64,000 nucleotides of DNA from Candidatus Subterrananammoxibius californiae (lineage in GTDB: Bacteria > Planctomycetota > Brocadiia > Brocadiales > Subterrananammoxibiaceae): contig JAURAC010000001.1 in the NCBI GenBank assembly GCA_030586555.1, positions 1 through 64,000 on the forward strand, written 5' to 3'. This document shows, one piece after another, positions 48,709 through 59,650 of the stretch. The first letter of the stretch is position 1; each line of letters opens with the position of its first letter. The notes under the pieces were generated by a model that saw only the letters and a list, made by a program, of their open reading frames with translations, was not told the DNA's origin and made no database searches. A program made the position numbers and the translations under genes.

Positions 48709-48797
48709 GAACTGTCTCTTAACACTACCGCTGCAAATTTCCTTGACAGGGTTAAGCTTTTGTAATAAGATTAAGATGTTAATACAAAACAAATTCT

Positions 48798-48874
<77 letters not shown>

Positions 48875-49044
48875 TAAAATACAGTGGCAAGGGACGAGGT
48901 AATAGTGGCAAGTAAAAGAGGAAGTAAGAAGGAAGACGGGAGACGTTAGACGAGAAAAATCGTTTTACTTCTTACGTCTTACATTTCACGTTTTTTTACC
49001 TTGACTATCACCTTACCACTCGTCACTTAGCCCTGCCGTATAGC

Positions 49045-49713
49045 ATGATTGACTTACACACTCATACATTGTTCTCTGATGGGGCATTGCTTCCTACCGA
49101 GTTGGTGCGCAGATGTGAGGAGAAAGCCTTCCGGGGACTTGTAATCACAGACCATGTAGATTATTCGAATATTGATTTTGTTATCCCCCGTCTCGTCAAA
49201 ATTTGTAAGGAATTAAATGGTGTAGGGGCACGGCGCGCCGTGCCCCTACGTGTTAAACCCGGCGCCGAACTTACCCATATCCACCCGGAACGTATCCCAT
49301 CAATGATTAGGGCTGCAAGAAGGGCTGGGGCATTTCTCGTATTAGTTCATGGGGAAACACTTGTAGAACCCGTTCTGCCTGGAACAAATAGGGCAGGTAT
49401 TGAGGGTGGGGCTGATGTTATTGCACATCCAGGGCTAATCTCTGAAGGGGATGCAAGGCTTGCCGCTAAGAAGGGTGTTTGCCTTGAGATTTCAGGACGC
49501 AAGGGGCATTCATATACCAATGGCTATGTCGCACAAATAGTTAGAAAGACAGGTGCGGCACTGGTCTTTGGTTCAGATGCACACGAGCCTGGCGATATCG
49601 TTGACCGCGAGATGGCTGAGAAAATTTGTATGGGTGCAGGACTTAGCAAGGACGAGGTTACCCGGTTATTTATTAAAGCGGAACAGCTTATGAATATAGC
49701 TCATGGCTCATAG
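49045..49713 (+). CDS. PHP-domain protein (histidinol-phosphatase-like)
   Basis: DLHTHT..SDG, ITDH, IAHPG, GSDAH; in-frame REP at 49222-49249. Confidence 0.88.
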   Translation: MIDLHTHTLFSDGALLPTELVRRCEEKAFRGLVITDHVDYSNIDFVIPRLVKICKELNGVGARRAVPLRVKPGAELTHIHPERIPSMIRAARRAGAFLVLVHGETLVEPVLPGTNRAGIEGGADVIAHPGLISEGDARLAAKKGVCLEISGRKGHSYTNGYVAQIVRKTGAALVFGSDAHEPGDIVDREMAEKICMGAGLSKDEVTRLFIKAEQLMNIAHGS

Positions 49714-49743
49714 CTCATAGTTGAAAGGGGGTATGGAAAAAGT

Positions 49744-50391
49744 ATGTATTCAGTTAGAGAAACGGGTCAAAGGCTTTTAAAACTTATTAATGAAAACAAG
49801 ATTGTAGTGGGATTGGCTTTTATCGTTACAATGGCTATCCCGACAGGCATCTGGATATTTAAAGCAAAGAAGAAAACCGCATCTGAATATACATGGTACA
49901 GGATGTCGCAAATCAATAACGAACTGCTTGCCGCGGAGCAGTTAGGCGAACATGAAAAGGCTCTCTCGGAAACTATAGAGGCTTATATTGACATAAAGAC
50001 CAATCAAGCCGCTACAGATGCAACCCCGTGGCTTTTACTTCGGCTTGGGAATGCACAATGCGACGCCAGAAAATTTGATAATGCGATTGAAACTTATCGT
50101 GAATTTATTAAAAAATATCCGCAACATTCTGCGGTATCCCTCGTAAGGCTATCGCTTGGGTATGCCTATGAGGAAAAAGGTATGATGCAAGAAGCCTTGC
50201 AGCAGTTTAAAGAAATTGCGGGGGAGGACAACTTATTCATCAAGACCCAGAGGGCATTGGACATGGGAAGATGCCACGAAAAACTGGGGTCAACAGATAT
50301 GGCAAAAAAGGCTTATAATGAGGTTATAGAGCTCTCACCAAACAGTGATACAGCAAGGCTGGCACAGTACCGGTTGGAGAATCTTGAATAG
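49744..50391 (+). CDS. Membrane-anchored TPR protein (YfgM-like)
   Basis: N-terminal TM helix followed by TPR helices. Confidence 0.8.
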   Translation: MYSVRETGQRLLKLINENKIVVGLAFIVTMAIPTGIWIFKAKKKTASEYTWYRMSQINNELLAAEQLGEHEKALSETIEAYIDIKTNQAATDATPWLLLRLGNAQCDARKFDNAIETYREFIKKYPQHSAVSLVRLSLGYAYEEKGMMQEALQQFKEIAGEDNLFIKTQRALDMGRCHEKLGSTDMAKKAYNEVIELSPNSDTARLAQYRLENLE

Positions 50392-50394
50392 GCT

Positions 50395-50763
50395 TTATAA
50401 TTTATCATCCTTACCTAAGATGCGGATCCTGGTCTCCTCTACAATCCACAAGTGATGCTTGAGAGGTTCACGACTGAAAAGAGGTATAATGCGATGGAAA
50501 ACTTTTGTGAGATGTTGTTTTGCTTGAGAACCAAATCTTAAAACAATAATTCCTGACAACTCTTGTGGTGGGTACATTCTGATGTCAGAAAAATCAGTAT
50601 CGAGTGTAACCAGAATACGATTTTCATTACTGCATATATTTATAAGAGATGAGTCTCTTTCCCCTTGCAACTGTTGCTTGTGAACGGTTTTTGCATCATG
50701 CCCGGCGTTAATAAGCAAATCAGCAATCTCATTGGGTAGATTTTCATCTATCTTAAATTGCAT
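50395..50763 (-). CDS. DUF5615 PIN-like toxin
   Basis: FKIDENLP, RILVTLDTDF. Confidence 0.88.
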   Translation of the reverse strand: MQFKIDENLPNEIADLLINAGHDAKTVHKQQLQGERDSSLINICSNENRILVTLDTDFSDIRMYPPQELSGIIVLRFGSQAKQHLTKVFHRIIPLFSREPLKHHLWIVEETRIRILGKDDKL

Positions 50764-50780
50764 AGCACTATTATAGGATG

Positions 50781-51014
<234 letters not shown>

Positions 51015-51350
51015 CTAAAAGATGAAGGGTTTTTTAGTTACTCAAGTTATAATCTATACCCTTTGTACTTGTCAAGAGGTTTCTTAATTCCCCCCAAATA
51101 GACACTGAAAATTGGTATTTCAAACCATACCCGTAGCCGCAGGCTTTAGCCTGCGTGGAACAGCGCAACCTAAAGGTTGCGGCTACCAAGTACATATTCA
51201 CCCTTTGGGTGTTTGCAACAATATATAATTCAAAGAGATTGCCATTCAATATCTATTTTTGGGTTAATTTGGGAATAAAGGAGTCAAAAGCTCGTTCCTC
51301 GGACATGCTTTTAACAAATCCTTTTATCAACGCTGAGATAGCCCTGGCTT

Positions 51351-51479
51351 ATGGGAAGATGCCACGAAAAACTTGGGTCAACAGAAATGGCAAAAAAGGC
51401 TTATAATGAGGTTATAGAGCTTTTACCTGATAGCGATGCGGCAAGGCTGGCACAGTACCGATTGGAGAATATTAAATAG
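51351..51479 (+). pseudogene. Orphan diverged copy of the TPR gene 3' end
   Basis: Aligns without gaps to 50263-50391, including the stop codon. Confidence 0.93.
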
Positions 51480-51649
51480 TTTTGGCTTCGCAATTTAGCG
51501 ACATACACAAATTTTTCCCAAAAATCCTTGATTTTGTGGAAGATGTGTGGCAATATAAACCGATTAGTGACGAGTGGCAAGTGGCGAGGTGTTAGTGGAA
51601 TAAGCACTCATCACTAACACCTCGTCCCTCGTCACTAAATATTAAGGGT

Positions 51650-51823
51650 GTTCGCACTCACGATGCTGTTATAATAGACCAAGATGAGTATGGGAAGCGA
51701 TACGTGATGGATTTTACAATGACAAAAGCAACACGAAATGCAAAGGTGCGTAGCAGTTGGATTATTCGCAGGGGAGAAGATTTCCCTCGTTTAACAAGTT
51801 GCCACATAAAGGAGGAGGGTTAA
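51650..51823 (+). pseudogene. 5'-truncated DUF6883-like toxin fragment
   Basis: ..DEYGKRYVMDF..VRSSWII..EDFPRLTSC; no start codon, preceded by heptamer repeats. Confidence 0.65.
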
Positions 51824-51828
51824 AGTTA

Positions 51829-52047
51829 ATGAATAATTCAATTCAATTACTTGACGTTGTGGCGTTAACTGAAGATTTGCCCCAGAGAAATTTATTTCGT
51901 GGACAGGTTGGTACCGTTGTAGAATTATTAGCTCCTAATGTATTTGAGGTTGAGTTTAGTGATGACAAAGGGCAAACTTATGCAATGTTAACTCTACGGG
52001 CGGACCAAATAATGGTTTTACATTATCAACCCATTGAAACGATTTAA
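51829..52047 (+). CDS. DUF4926 domain protein
   Basis: LLDVVALTEDLP..RGQVGTVVE..FEVEFSD..G.TYA; likely start ATG 51829. Confidence 0.88.
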   Translation: MNNSIQLLDVVALTEDLPQRNLFRGQVGTVVELLAPNVFEVEFSDDKGQTYAMLTLRADQIMVLHYQPIETI

Positions 52048-52153
52048 AAAAATAATAAGGACAACGCCAAAAAAAGTAGGGGCGAACGGCCGTTCGCCCC
52101 TACAATAATTATCCAACGTGTACGCTCCTTTTACGCATCACGTCTCGGTTTGT

Positions 52154-53383
52154 TTAAAAAATGTATGCAACACCAACAGCCGCTGTGGTCTGGTTATCAC
52201 GAGTGCCGGGGAAAACACCATCAGCATTTTTGCCGTTTGCCCAATCGTATCGAAACTCAGGCCTTACATATAGATTGTTCCTTACCTTGATGTTAAACGT
52301 TGTCGTGACTTCGTATACTTCTATAGCTGCGGTAGAACTACCTATAAGACCACCAAGGCTCCTTGAACCACTATCCTTAAACCATTCACCCCTCACGGCG
52401 ATATCAAAAGCATCGGTAAAGAAATACTGGGCTATAATGGCTAAGCCGTGCCAGTTCCCAACGTTTTCCTCCGTTCCGTGGTCGTAATTGAAGTTAAATT
52501 TTAGCTTGTCCCACGGGCTGTAAACCCATATAAAGTCCCAGAAATGACGCACATCATGCGAGTTGCCAGGTTGCTCTGCCCCATGGGCGCCATTTAACCA
52601 GAAAGAGCACGTATCTGAAAGGGCATAGGCTATCTGATAGCCTAACGTCTTTGCCGTATTATTATCAACAAACGTATCCCAGCCATTGACAAGGAAGCCA
52701 GAAATGGTAAGCTTGTCGGTAAAAGGATAAGTAGCGGCTAAGCCTGTGTGGGTAAATGGAATGGCGAGGTTGTAGAGATATGAACGGGAGTAATTGGGGT
52801 TATCAACACTCTCCCAAAGCTCAGCGCCTATCCATGTGGCAAATTTACCCATCTTAAGGTCAAGCCCCTTTCCTATGGGCGCCTTGTAAGTAGCGTAACC
52901 CTGGGCTACGGTAAAGCTGTTACCACCCGGAGTAAACGAATCAACCCTTCCGTGGCTTTCGACGAAGGTCATAAAGTTTGCTATCTCACCGTAGAGCGTG
53001 ACGAACCCAAAGCCTACTGGAGACTCCTCCGTTGACGGCTTTACTACCTGGAGTTCAATGTTACTGAGCGTAAAGGAATTGTCCTGCCGGTCAAATGCCC
53101 TTAAGACGTTAGCCTCTGAGAATACAGTACCCGCATCGGATGAACGTCCAGGTCCCCTTGAAGAAGGACGGTTAAAGTTATAGCTGTAATATGTATCTAC
53201 AAACCCGCCAATGCTGATACTCTTCAAGAAATCCAGGGTGGTTGGCTCTTCTGCGGCTACAGGCTCTGGCTCTGGTGCGGCTGCTTCCTCCTGGGCATAA
53301 ACTACATTACCCATAGCAAGTGTAATACAAAACGCAAATATACCCAACAACATAAGTCTTTGCGACCACAAATGTCTCATCAC
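52154..53383 (-). CDS. Outer-membrane beta-barrel porin (DUF1597-like)
   Basis: Signal peptide, GKF.T.IG.E, NPNYS, PFTHTG, C-terminal Phe. Confidence 0.82.
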   Translation of the reverse strand: MMRHLWSQRLMLLGIFAFCITLAMGNVVYAQEEAAAPEPEPVAAEEPTTLDFLKSISIGGFVDTYYSYNFNRPSSRGPGRSSDAGTVFSEANVLRAFDRQDNSFTLSNIELQVVKPSTEESPVGFGFVTLYGEIANFMTFVESHGRVDSFTPGGNSFTVAQGYATYKAPIGKGLDLKMGKFATWIGAELWESVDNPNYSRSYLYNLAIPFTHTGLAATYPFTDKLTISGFLVNGWDTFVDNNTAKTLGYQIAYALSDTCSFWLNGAHGAEQPGNSHDVRHFWDFIWVYSPWDKLKFNFNYDHGTEENVGNWHGLAIIAQYFFTDAFDIAVRGEWFKDSGSRSLGGLIGSSTAAIEVYEVTTTFNIKVRNNLYVRPEFRYDWANGKNADGVFPGTRDNQTTAAVGVAYIF

Positions 53384-53453
53384 TCCCTCCTTTCTTAAAA
53401 GTTATCTATATTTAGTTAACCAGAATTGTGACACCAACGGTTACAAAAATGTG

Positions 53454-53470
53454 CGCAAATTTAGTGCCTT
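53454..53470 (-). promoter_or_regulatory. sigma54 (-24/-12) promoter for the porin gene
   Basis: Minus strand AAGGCAC-TAAAT-TTGC (GG-N10-GC), about 70 nt upstream of the start. Confidence 0.6.
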
Positions 53471-53815
53471 TTCATACTATACTTTGGTATCAGCTTTAAA
53501 CCTATATCGCTCTAAGATATCAAAATTAAATTGCTTAAGTGAAAATCCCAACGTGTGCTTAAAGGCTTGGACTTCAACGCAAAGCGTACACTCAAAGGCG
53601 AATCCCTTGTTAGAAAGTATACAATGTGCAAGAATTCAGCCACTCCAGAAAAGTGATTAATTGGCAAAAACGCCCTATTGCTACATCAAAAAATTCTGGA
53701 CTTGTTAGTGTTTTTCTACTATTATGATTAGTTAGAACTATTTTCAGAATTGGTGTATATATACTACTTTAAAATTCATTTGTCAAGAATTTTTTTAAAA
53801 AAATTTCGCCTACCT

Positions 53816-54595
53816 ATGAAAATACTTATACTGTCTGACATACATGCAAATTATCAGGCGCTCAGCTCTATAAAAGAGGAAGCGGATATGGTCTTTTGCC
53901 TTGGGGACATCGTGAACTATGGACCAAATCCTGAAGAGTGTCTTGAGTGGGTTAAAGCTCATGCGGCAAACATTGTCCGCGGGAACCATGATAATGCGAT
54001 TGGTCTTGGTGTTGACTGCGGATGTTCTTTGAAATACAAGGAACTCTCTGATGCAGTAAAGGTATTTACCGTTGCTGTTTTAAATAATAAAGACAAAAAA
54101 TTTCTCGGCTCGCTTCCGATACTGGAGCATATAAAAGTTAACGAGCTTACTTTCTTGCTATCTCACGGCTCTCCTAATGGGGATATGTATAAGTATTTAA
54201 GCCCCGACATCTCAGATGCAGAACTGCTTGCAGAATTTGGCAATTTGGAGCGTATTAACCACCCCCACCCTAACCCGCCCCCCTCGAGGGGGCAATTCAG
54301 TTGTTGCACTCCATGTTACCCTGATTTTGTCTTCATAGGACACACACACCTTCCTATGATTAGGAAAGTAAACGGGGTAACAATAGTAAATCCTGGCAGT
54401 GTGGGACAGCCGAGGGACGGCATACCCCTATGCTCCTACGCCGTCTGGGATGACGGCAATATTGAGATTAAGCGGGTAGGATATGATATTGATGCAACAA
54501 TTAAGGCTTATGAGGCAACTAACATCTCAAAACAACATATCCGGACGCTTTCACAATTGTTAAAAAACGCTGGCTTACCTTTTTTAAAAGAATAA
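53816..54595 (+). CDS. Metallophosphoesterase (YfcE-like)
   Basis: SDIHAN, GDIV.YGP, GNHD, HGSP, GHTH, NPGSVGQPRDG. Confidence 0.92.
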   Translation: MKILILSDIHANYQALSSIKEEADMVFCLGDIVNYGPNPEECLEWVKAHAANIVRGNHDNAIGLGVDCGCSLKYKELSDAVKVFTVAVLNNKDKKFLGSLPILEHIKVNELTFLLSHGSPNGDMYKYLSPDISDAELLAEFGNLERINHPHPNPPPSRGQFSCCTPCYPDFVFIGHTHLPMIRKVNGVTIVNPGSVGQPRDGIPLCSYAVWDDGNIEIKRVGYDIDATIKAYEATNISKQHIRTLSQLLKNAGLPFLKE

Positions 54596-54709
54596 TTCAA
54601 TAGAAATGTTTAAATAGAAAATTAAAAAGTAAAATGGATTAATACATTTTAATCTTTCATTTAGATATTTCTATTTAATTTTTGTCTTGTTTTTTGTATC
54701 ATACAAGTC

Positions 54710-56755
54710 ATGTGGACAAAATTGCTGCCAATATTTTTGGCTATCATACTTTCTTTATCAACTCACGAGCGACGAGCGACGAGCGACGAGCGACCTACCT
54801 TAGGCAGACCCGACATCTTCTTTGAGACTAATAAATTCGATTTTGGAAAGATATGTGAAAAGGAAAAGGTTGAATACATCTTTAAATACAAAAACAGAGG
54901 TAGTAGCAAACTCGTCATACATGAAGTTAAAACCACCTGCGACTGTACCGCTGCTAATGCCAATTTAACGGAACTCGAACCTGGCGAATCGGGAGAGATA
55001 ATGGTCACATATACCGCCAGCAATAAGACAGGTAAATTCGAGAAGGCTGTTATCGTCATTTCAAACGACCCGAATACATCCCATTATGTCTTATTAATAA
55101 GCGGGGAAGTTGTAAGGGAGGTTATTGCAGACCCTGAATATATTGACTTTGGTTTAATTCCTACGGGTGAAAGGAGTAGTAAATCTGTAAAACTTAGTAA
55201 GGGATACGGTAACCGTTCCTTGTCCGCCTCAGGCGGATGGATAACGGGGATTGAATGCGATAGTCCACTCGTTACTGCATCCTATAAAGAGAATGGCAAT
55301 GATGAGTATATAATTGAAGCCACCCTTAAAAGTCCACCTAAGGTGGAGCAGACAAGCCAGCAGATACAGGGCAATATTTTCGTGCTCACAAAGGGACTAA
55401 AACAATCGCGGATAGAACTTCCATTTTTTGGTAAGGTTAGCGGGGATGTTTCAGACACAGCCTTAACAATAATGTTTACAGGTGAGGAAGCAGGCTATCT
55501 TGAACCCTGCGGCTGCTCAGAAGACCAGCTCGGCGGCATTCCAAGAAGACACACTTTTATCAAATCCCAAATCCCAAATCCCAAACCCCAAAACGCCCTG
55601 CTCGTAAGCCTTGGAGACCTTACCGATGGTTTTGGCAGACAGAGTGAAATTAAGATGGAAATCACCGTGCAAGCCCTTGAAATGATGGGTTATTTTGCAC
55701 ATAACCTTGGTGAAAAGGATATTGCCATGGGACCGGAGTTGCTCAACTATCTTCCCATGGTAAGCCGCCTGAAATTCCTCTCAAGCAACGTTAAATTTAC
55801 AGACGGCCTAACTAATAGAATACATCCCTTTTTAATAAAACATGTGCGTGGGAAGGATTTTTCTATTAAGATTGGGTTTTTAGGCATCTTATCATCCAGC
55901 GCCGCCGCAACAATGCCCTCTTACGGGTTCAAGATTACAGAACCGGTCTCATCGCTAAGACCCCTGATAGGCGTTCTGAAAGGCAGGGTGGACGTGCTTG
56001 TCCTTCTTTCACATGCCGAATGGGATGAGTCTATAAGGCTGGCAGAAATGTTCCCCGAACTTGACCTTGTAATTTCAGGACATGATATTGACGACCCCGC
56101 CGCTTATGAACCTGTGCATGTCAAGACTCGTACTGAGCAAGGCGAACGTAATACCACCGTGGTATCCGCTGGCAGTAAGGGCAAATATGCAGGAACATAT
56201 AGATATTCCCCTTACGAAAAGAAAGGCTCGGTAGAGATTATTCCTTTAAGTTCTATTTATACCGATTCCCCTGAAATGAGAGAATTGATAAAGCAGTATT
56301 TACAAATAGTAAAGGAAGAGAACCTTCTTGCTTACGAGCCTAAGATGCCTGTCCCTTCAAACGATACATTCGTTGGGAGTAAGACATGCAGCATTTGTCA
56401 TAAGGAGGTTTATAAACACTGGGAAACAACCACCCATGCATCCGCCTATGAGACCCTGATTAAGTCCGAACACAATTATGACCCTGATTGCATTCCCTGC
56501 CACGTTACCGGTTTCCAATACACATCGGGGTTTGAGTCTATCGAGAAAACACCCGCATTAAAGGGGGTGGGGTGCGAAGACTGTCACGGTCCTGGAAGCG
56601 CCCATATAAACGCCCCGCTGGAAGAATATGGTAAGACAACATCCGATGCCTGTGCAACCTGCCATATCCCTGACCACAGTCCTAAGTTTGAATTTATTTC
56701 GTACTGGAAAAAAATCACCCACCCCGAAGAACGCATCTCTGCGCTGGGTGGATAG
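54710..56755 (+). CDS. Exported DUF1573 + 5'-nucleotidase-like + tetraheme cytochrome c protein
   Basis: TTCDCT..LEPG, EPCGC..QLGG, four CxxCH motifs (CSICH, CIPCH, CEDCH, CATCH). Confidence 0.82.
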   Translation: MWTKLLPIFLAIILSLSTHERRATSDERPTLGRPDIFFETNKFDFGKICEKEKVEYIFKYKNRGSSKLVIHEVKTTCDCTAANANLTELEPGESGEIMVTYTASNKTGKFEKAVIVISNDPNTSHYVLLISGEVVREVIADPEYIDFGLIPTGERSSKSVKLSKGYGNRSLSASGGWITGIECDSPLVTASYKENGNDEYIIEATLKSPPKVEQTSQQIQGNIFVLTKGLKQSRIELPFFGKVSGDVSDTALTIMFTGEEAGYLEPCGCSEDQLGGIPRRHTFIKSQIPNPKPQNALLVSLGDLTDGFGRQSEIKMEITVQALEMMGYFAHNLGEKDIAMGPELLNYLPMVSRLKFLSSNVKFTDGLTNRIHPFLIKHVRGKDFSIKIGFLGILSSSAAATMPSYGFKITEPVSSLRPLIGVLKGRVDVLVLLSHAEWDESIRLAEMFPELDLVISGHDIDDPAAYEPVHVKTRTEQGERNTTVVSAGSKGKYAGTYRYSPYEKKGSVEIIPLSSIYTDSPEMRELIKQYLQIVKEENLLAYEPKMPVPSNDTFVGSKTCSICHKEVYKHWETTTHASAYETLIKSEHNYDPDCIPCHVTGFQYTSGFESIEKTPALKGVGCEDCHGPGSAHINAPLEEYGKTTSDACATCHIPDHSPKFEFISYWKKITHPEERISALGG

Positions 56756-57037
56756 GTAGTCAACGAGGTTTTACCCTGAATCAAGTTCAGGGTTGATTCC
56801 ACACTTTTTAGGGTGGCACGGATAAACTTGTTTATCCGTGAGGCTGCTATTAGAAATTGTACACACGGACAAATAAATTTGTCCATGCCACCCGGGATTC
56901 AACAGACCCTCCTAAGGCGGACAGGCATAAAGTCCGTTGTCTACCAGTTCTCTACTCAAGCCTGCATTCATAAGCCATGCATTTATCGAGATTTACAAAC
57001 AATTTAATCCGTAGGTTTATTTTTTTCTAAAAAAGTA

Positions 57038-57064
57038 TTAAGTTTTTTCTCATATTGCCGATAT
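57038..57064 (+). promoter_or_regulatory. sigma28 (FliA)-type promoter
   Basis: TTAA-N15-GCCGATAT upstream of an MCP gene. Confidence 0.7.
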
Positions 57065-57114
57065 TTAGCATACACAAGAAAAAAAACTAAATCTTCTAAA
57101 GCTTGGGAAGTAAA

Positions 57115-57214
57115 GTGAGTAATGATGTTTTTACATTGGTTGTGGGGCAAGAATTTGCAATGTTGGCAGTTTTATAGTTATAAAATGGATTGGCACTGGC
57201 ATGTTCAATTGTTG
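57115..57214 (+). pseudogene. Decayed copy of the 5' end of the 59651 response regulator
   Basis: gtgagtaatgatgtttt..gcaagaatttgcaatgt..aaatggattg..ctggcatg matches 59651-59745, with indels. Confidence 0.75.
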
Positions 57215-57227
57215 AGGAGGAAGAGGC

Positions 57228-59267
57228 ATGTTTAAAAATATGAAGGTAGGAACAAAACTATTTTTGGGATTTGGCGCAATAACGGTAATACTTCTTGTTG
57301 CAGTGGTGACCTCACTATGGCAAGTTAGCGGCACAAGCAAAGCAACCACCCGTCTCATTGAATTGCGAGCGCCAACTGCCCTAACAAGTCTTACTATGCT
57401 TAACGGGCTTAATCACTCATTGGCTGCGCTTCGCGGATGGATTATCCTGGGCAAAGATAAGTTCAAGGATGAACGGTCAGAGGCATGGTCCAAAGAGATA
57501 GAGGAATCATTAAATGATATGAGAAAGCTTTCTGCCAGATGGACCGAGCATAAGAACATAGAAAGATTAAACGTTATCGAAAAGAAATTGGAAGAGTTTA
57601 AAAAATGTCAGCAAGAAATAGAGGATATTGCCCAAACAGTGGACAATACACCGGCTAATAAGGTCCTAATTGAACAAGCAGCGCCCCAGGCAGCTATTAT
57701 GACTACCAATATCACCAAGATGATAGACCTTGAAAAAGAATTAGAAGCTACGCCTGAAAGAAAGGCGTTGCTTGGTATGATGGCAGACGTGCGTGGCACT
57801 ACAGGCCTTGCGCTTGCGAACATACGTGCATACTTACTCACGGGCAATGAGGGGTTCAAGAAGGAGTTTGAGACACTGTGGGACAAAAATACAAAGAGGT
57901 TTGGCGAACTCACAGCCAATGCTAAACTTCTAACACCAGAGCAGCTTGCGGCATTCGATGCATTTAGCAAGGCAAGAGAGATATTCAATCCGTTACCACC
58001 AAAGATGTTCGAGATTCGAGGAAGTGACGAATGGAACCTGGCAAACGCATGGTTAGGAACCAAGGCGGCGCCGGCAGCCTCTGCGATTAAGGAAGAACTT
58101 GACGCTATGGTTGCAAGTCAAGAAGAATTGATGGCAACCGACACGGCAGAAGTGAAGAGCCGTACATCGTCCCTTCTTACGTTAGAGTGGATACTGCTTG
58201 CCGCTGGCATCCCTCTGGCAGTCGTAGTAGCAATCCTTGAGGTAAGGGTCGCAGGGCGTGTAACCAATATGTTAAGAAATTTGGTTCGAGAACTTTCTGA
58301 GGGTTCTTCGCATGTAGCCGCTGCATCCAATCAAATCTCCGCCTCAAGCCAGAGCCTCTCACAGGGAACAACGGAACAGGCTGCAGCCGTTGAGGAGACA
58401 ACGTCTTCGATGGAGGAAATGTCATCCATGACAAAGCAGAACGCCGACCATGCCAAAGAAGCGTCTCAATTAGCTGCCTTATGTAATAAATCAGCAGATG
58501 AAGGCAACAAGTCAATGGATGAGATGAACAACGCTATGAATGAGATTGACCAGAGTAGTAAGCAGATAGGCGATATTATCAGGACAATAGACGGCATAGC
58601 TTTCCAGACCAATCTCCTTGCGTTAAACGCAGCGGTTGAGGCTGCAAGGGCTGGCGAACATGGGAAAGGGTTTGCCGTGGTGGCAGAAGAGGTGCGCAGC
58701 CTTGCACAGAGAAGCGCAGTTGCAGCAAAGGATACATCTACATTAATCCAGGAAAGCTTGCGTAAGACGGGTGCTGGCGCTGAACTGGCAAAGAAATGCA
58801 CTGAGTCGTTCCAGAGCATAGTAACAAATGTCAAAAAGATGGCTAATCTGGTTAACGAAATCTCAGCAGCATCCCAGGAGCAATCCCAGGGCGTAGCACA
58901 AGTATCCAAAGCGATACAACAAATTGAGCAAGCGCTTCAGGAAAACGCTGCTACCGCAGAGGAAACTGCGGCGGCTGGTGAGGAATTATCGTCCCAATCA
59001 CAGATATTGAATACCCTCGTCTCTAAGATAGCAAATGAGGTAGGCGGCGGAAACGGAAGTATTAAAGCTGTATCTACTCGAAAGACAGGGTCTTCAATGG
59101 AGCCTAACCGTGATGTGGACCAGCCCGCGGCTCATAATCGCATAAATCAGCGATTGTTTGGCGGTGGGCTTCGTCGTACCGCATCAAAAGGAGCTAACGG
59201 TGGTAACGGCACGAAGGACCAATCAACCCCCCATCCTTTAGATGCCGCTTTTACCACCGTGGATTAA
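57228..59267 (+). CDS. Methyl-accepting chemotaxis protein
   Basis: Two TM helices, [34 protein letters not shown]. Confidence 0.96.
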   Translation: MFKNMKVGTKLFLGFGAITVILLVAVVTSLWQVSGTSKATTRLIELRAPTALTSLTMLNGLNHSLAALRGWIILGKDKFKDERSEAWSKEIEESLNDMRKLSARWTEHKNIERLNVIEKKLEEFKKCQQEIEDIAQTVDNTPANKVLIEQAAPQAAIMTTNITKMIDLEKELEATPERKALLGMMADVRGTTGLALANIRAYLLTGNEGFKKEFETLWDKNTKRFGELTANAKLLTPEQLAAFDAFSKAREIFNPLPPKMFEIRGSDEWNLANAWLGTKAAPAASAIKEELDAMVASQEELMATDTAEVKSRTSSLLTLEWILLAAGIPLAVVVAILEVRVAGRVTNMLRNLVRELSEGSSHVAAASNQISASSQSLSQGTTEQAAAVEETTSSMEEMSSMTKQNADHAKEASQLAALCNKSADEGNKSMDEMNNAMNEIDQSSKQIGDIIRTIDGIAFQTNLLALNAAVEAARAGEHGKGFAVVAEEVRSLAQRSAVAAKDTSTLIQESLRKTGAGAELAKKCTESFQSIVTNVKKMANLVNEISAASQEQSQGVAQVSKAIQQIEQALQENAATAEETAAAGEELSSQSQILNTLVSKIANEVGGGNGSIKAVSTRKTGSSMEPNRDVDQPAAHNRINQRLFGGGLRRTASKGANGGNGTKDQSTPHPLDAAFTTVD

Positions 59268-59546
59268 CGGCGGGTGACCAAGGTCTAAAGTCCGACACCC
59301 TGCCCCCACGCCCTCCCCCCCTCAAAGGGGGAGGGCATTTTAATTTTCCCTATGTGGACAGCCTACTTTAATCTTCTATCGCATGTTGATGTAGTACCGT
59401 ATTTCAGTACGCCCCCTACTTATGCAAGGGGGAAAACATAAAAATCCCCCTTAATAAAACTTACTTACATTATGCCATTAGTAGTCATAAGTCACGTATT
59501 TTACAATACTTACTATCGTGACTTAATTCTTTCCCTAAAAAAAGTA

Positions 59547-59574
59547 TTAATCTTTTTTCTTATTTTGCCGATAT
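59547..59574 (+). promoter_or_regulatory. sigma28-type promoter, second copy
   Basis: TTAAT..GCCGATAT within a block similar to 57022-57103. Confidence 0.65.
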
Positions 59575-59650
59575 TATATACGTAAATTTACGCAATAAAC
59601 TAAACCTTCTAAAACTTTCTTTTTTTCAAAAAGGTTAGAGGAGAGTAAGG

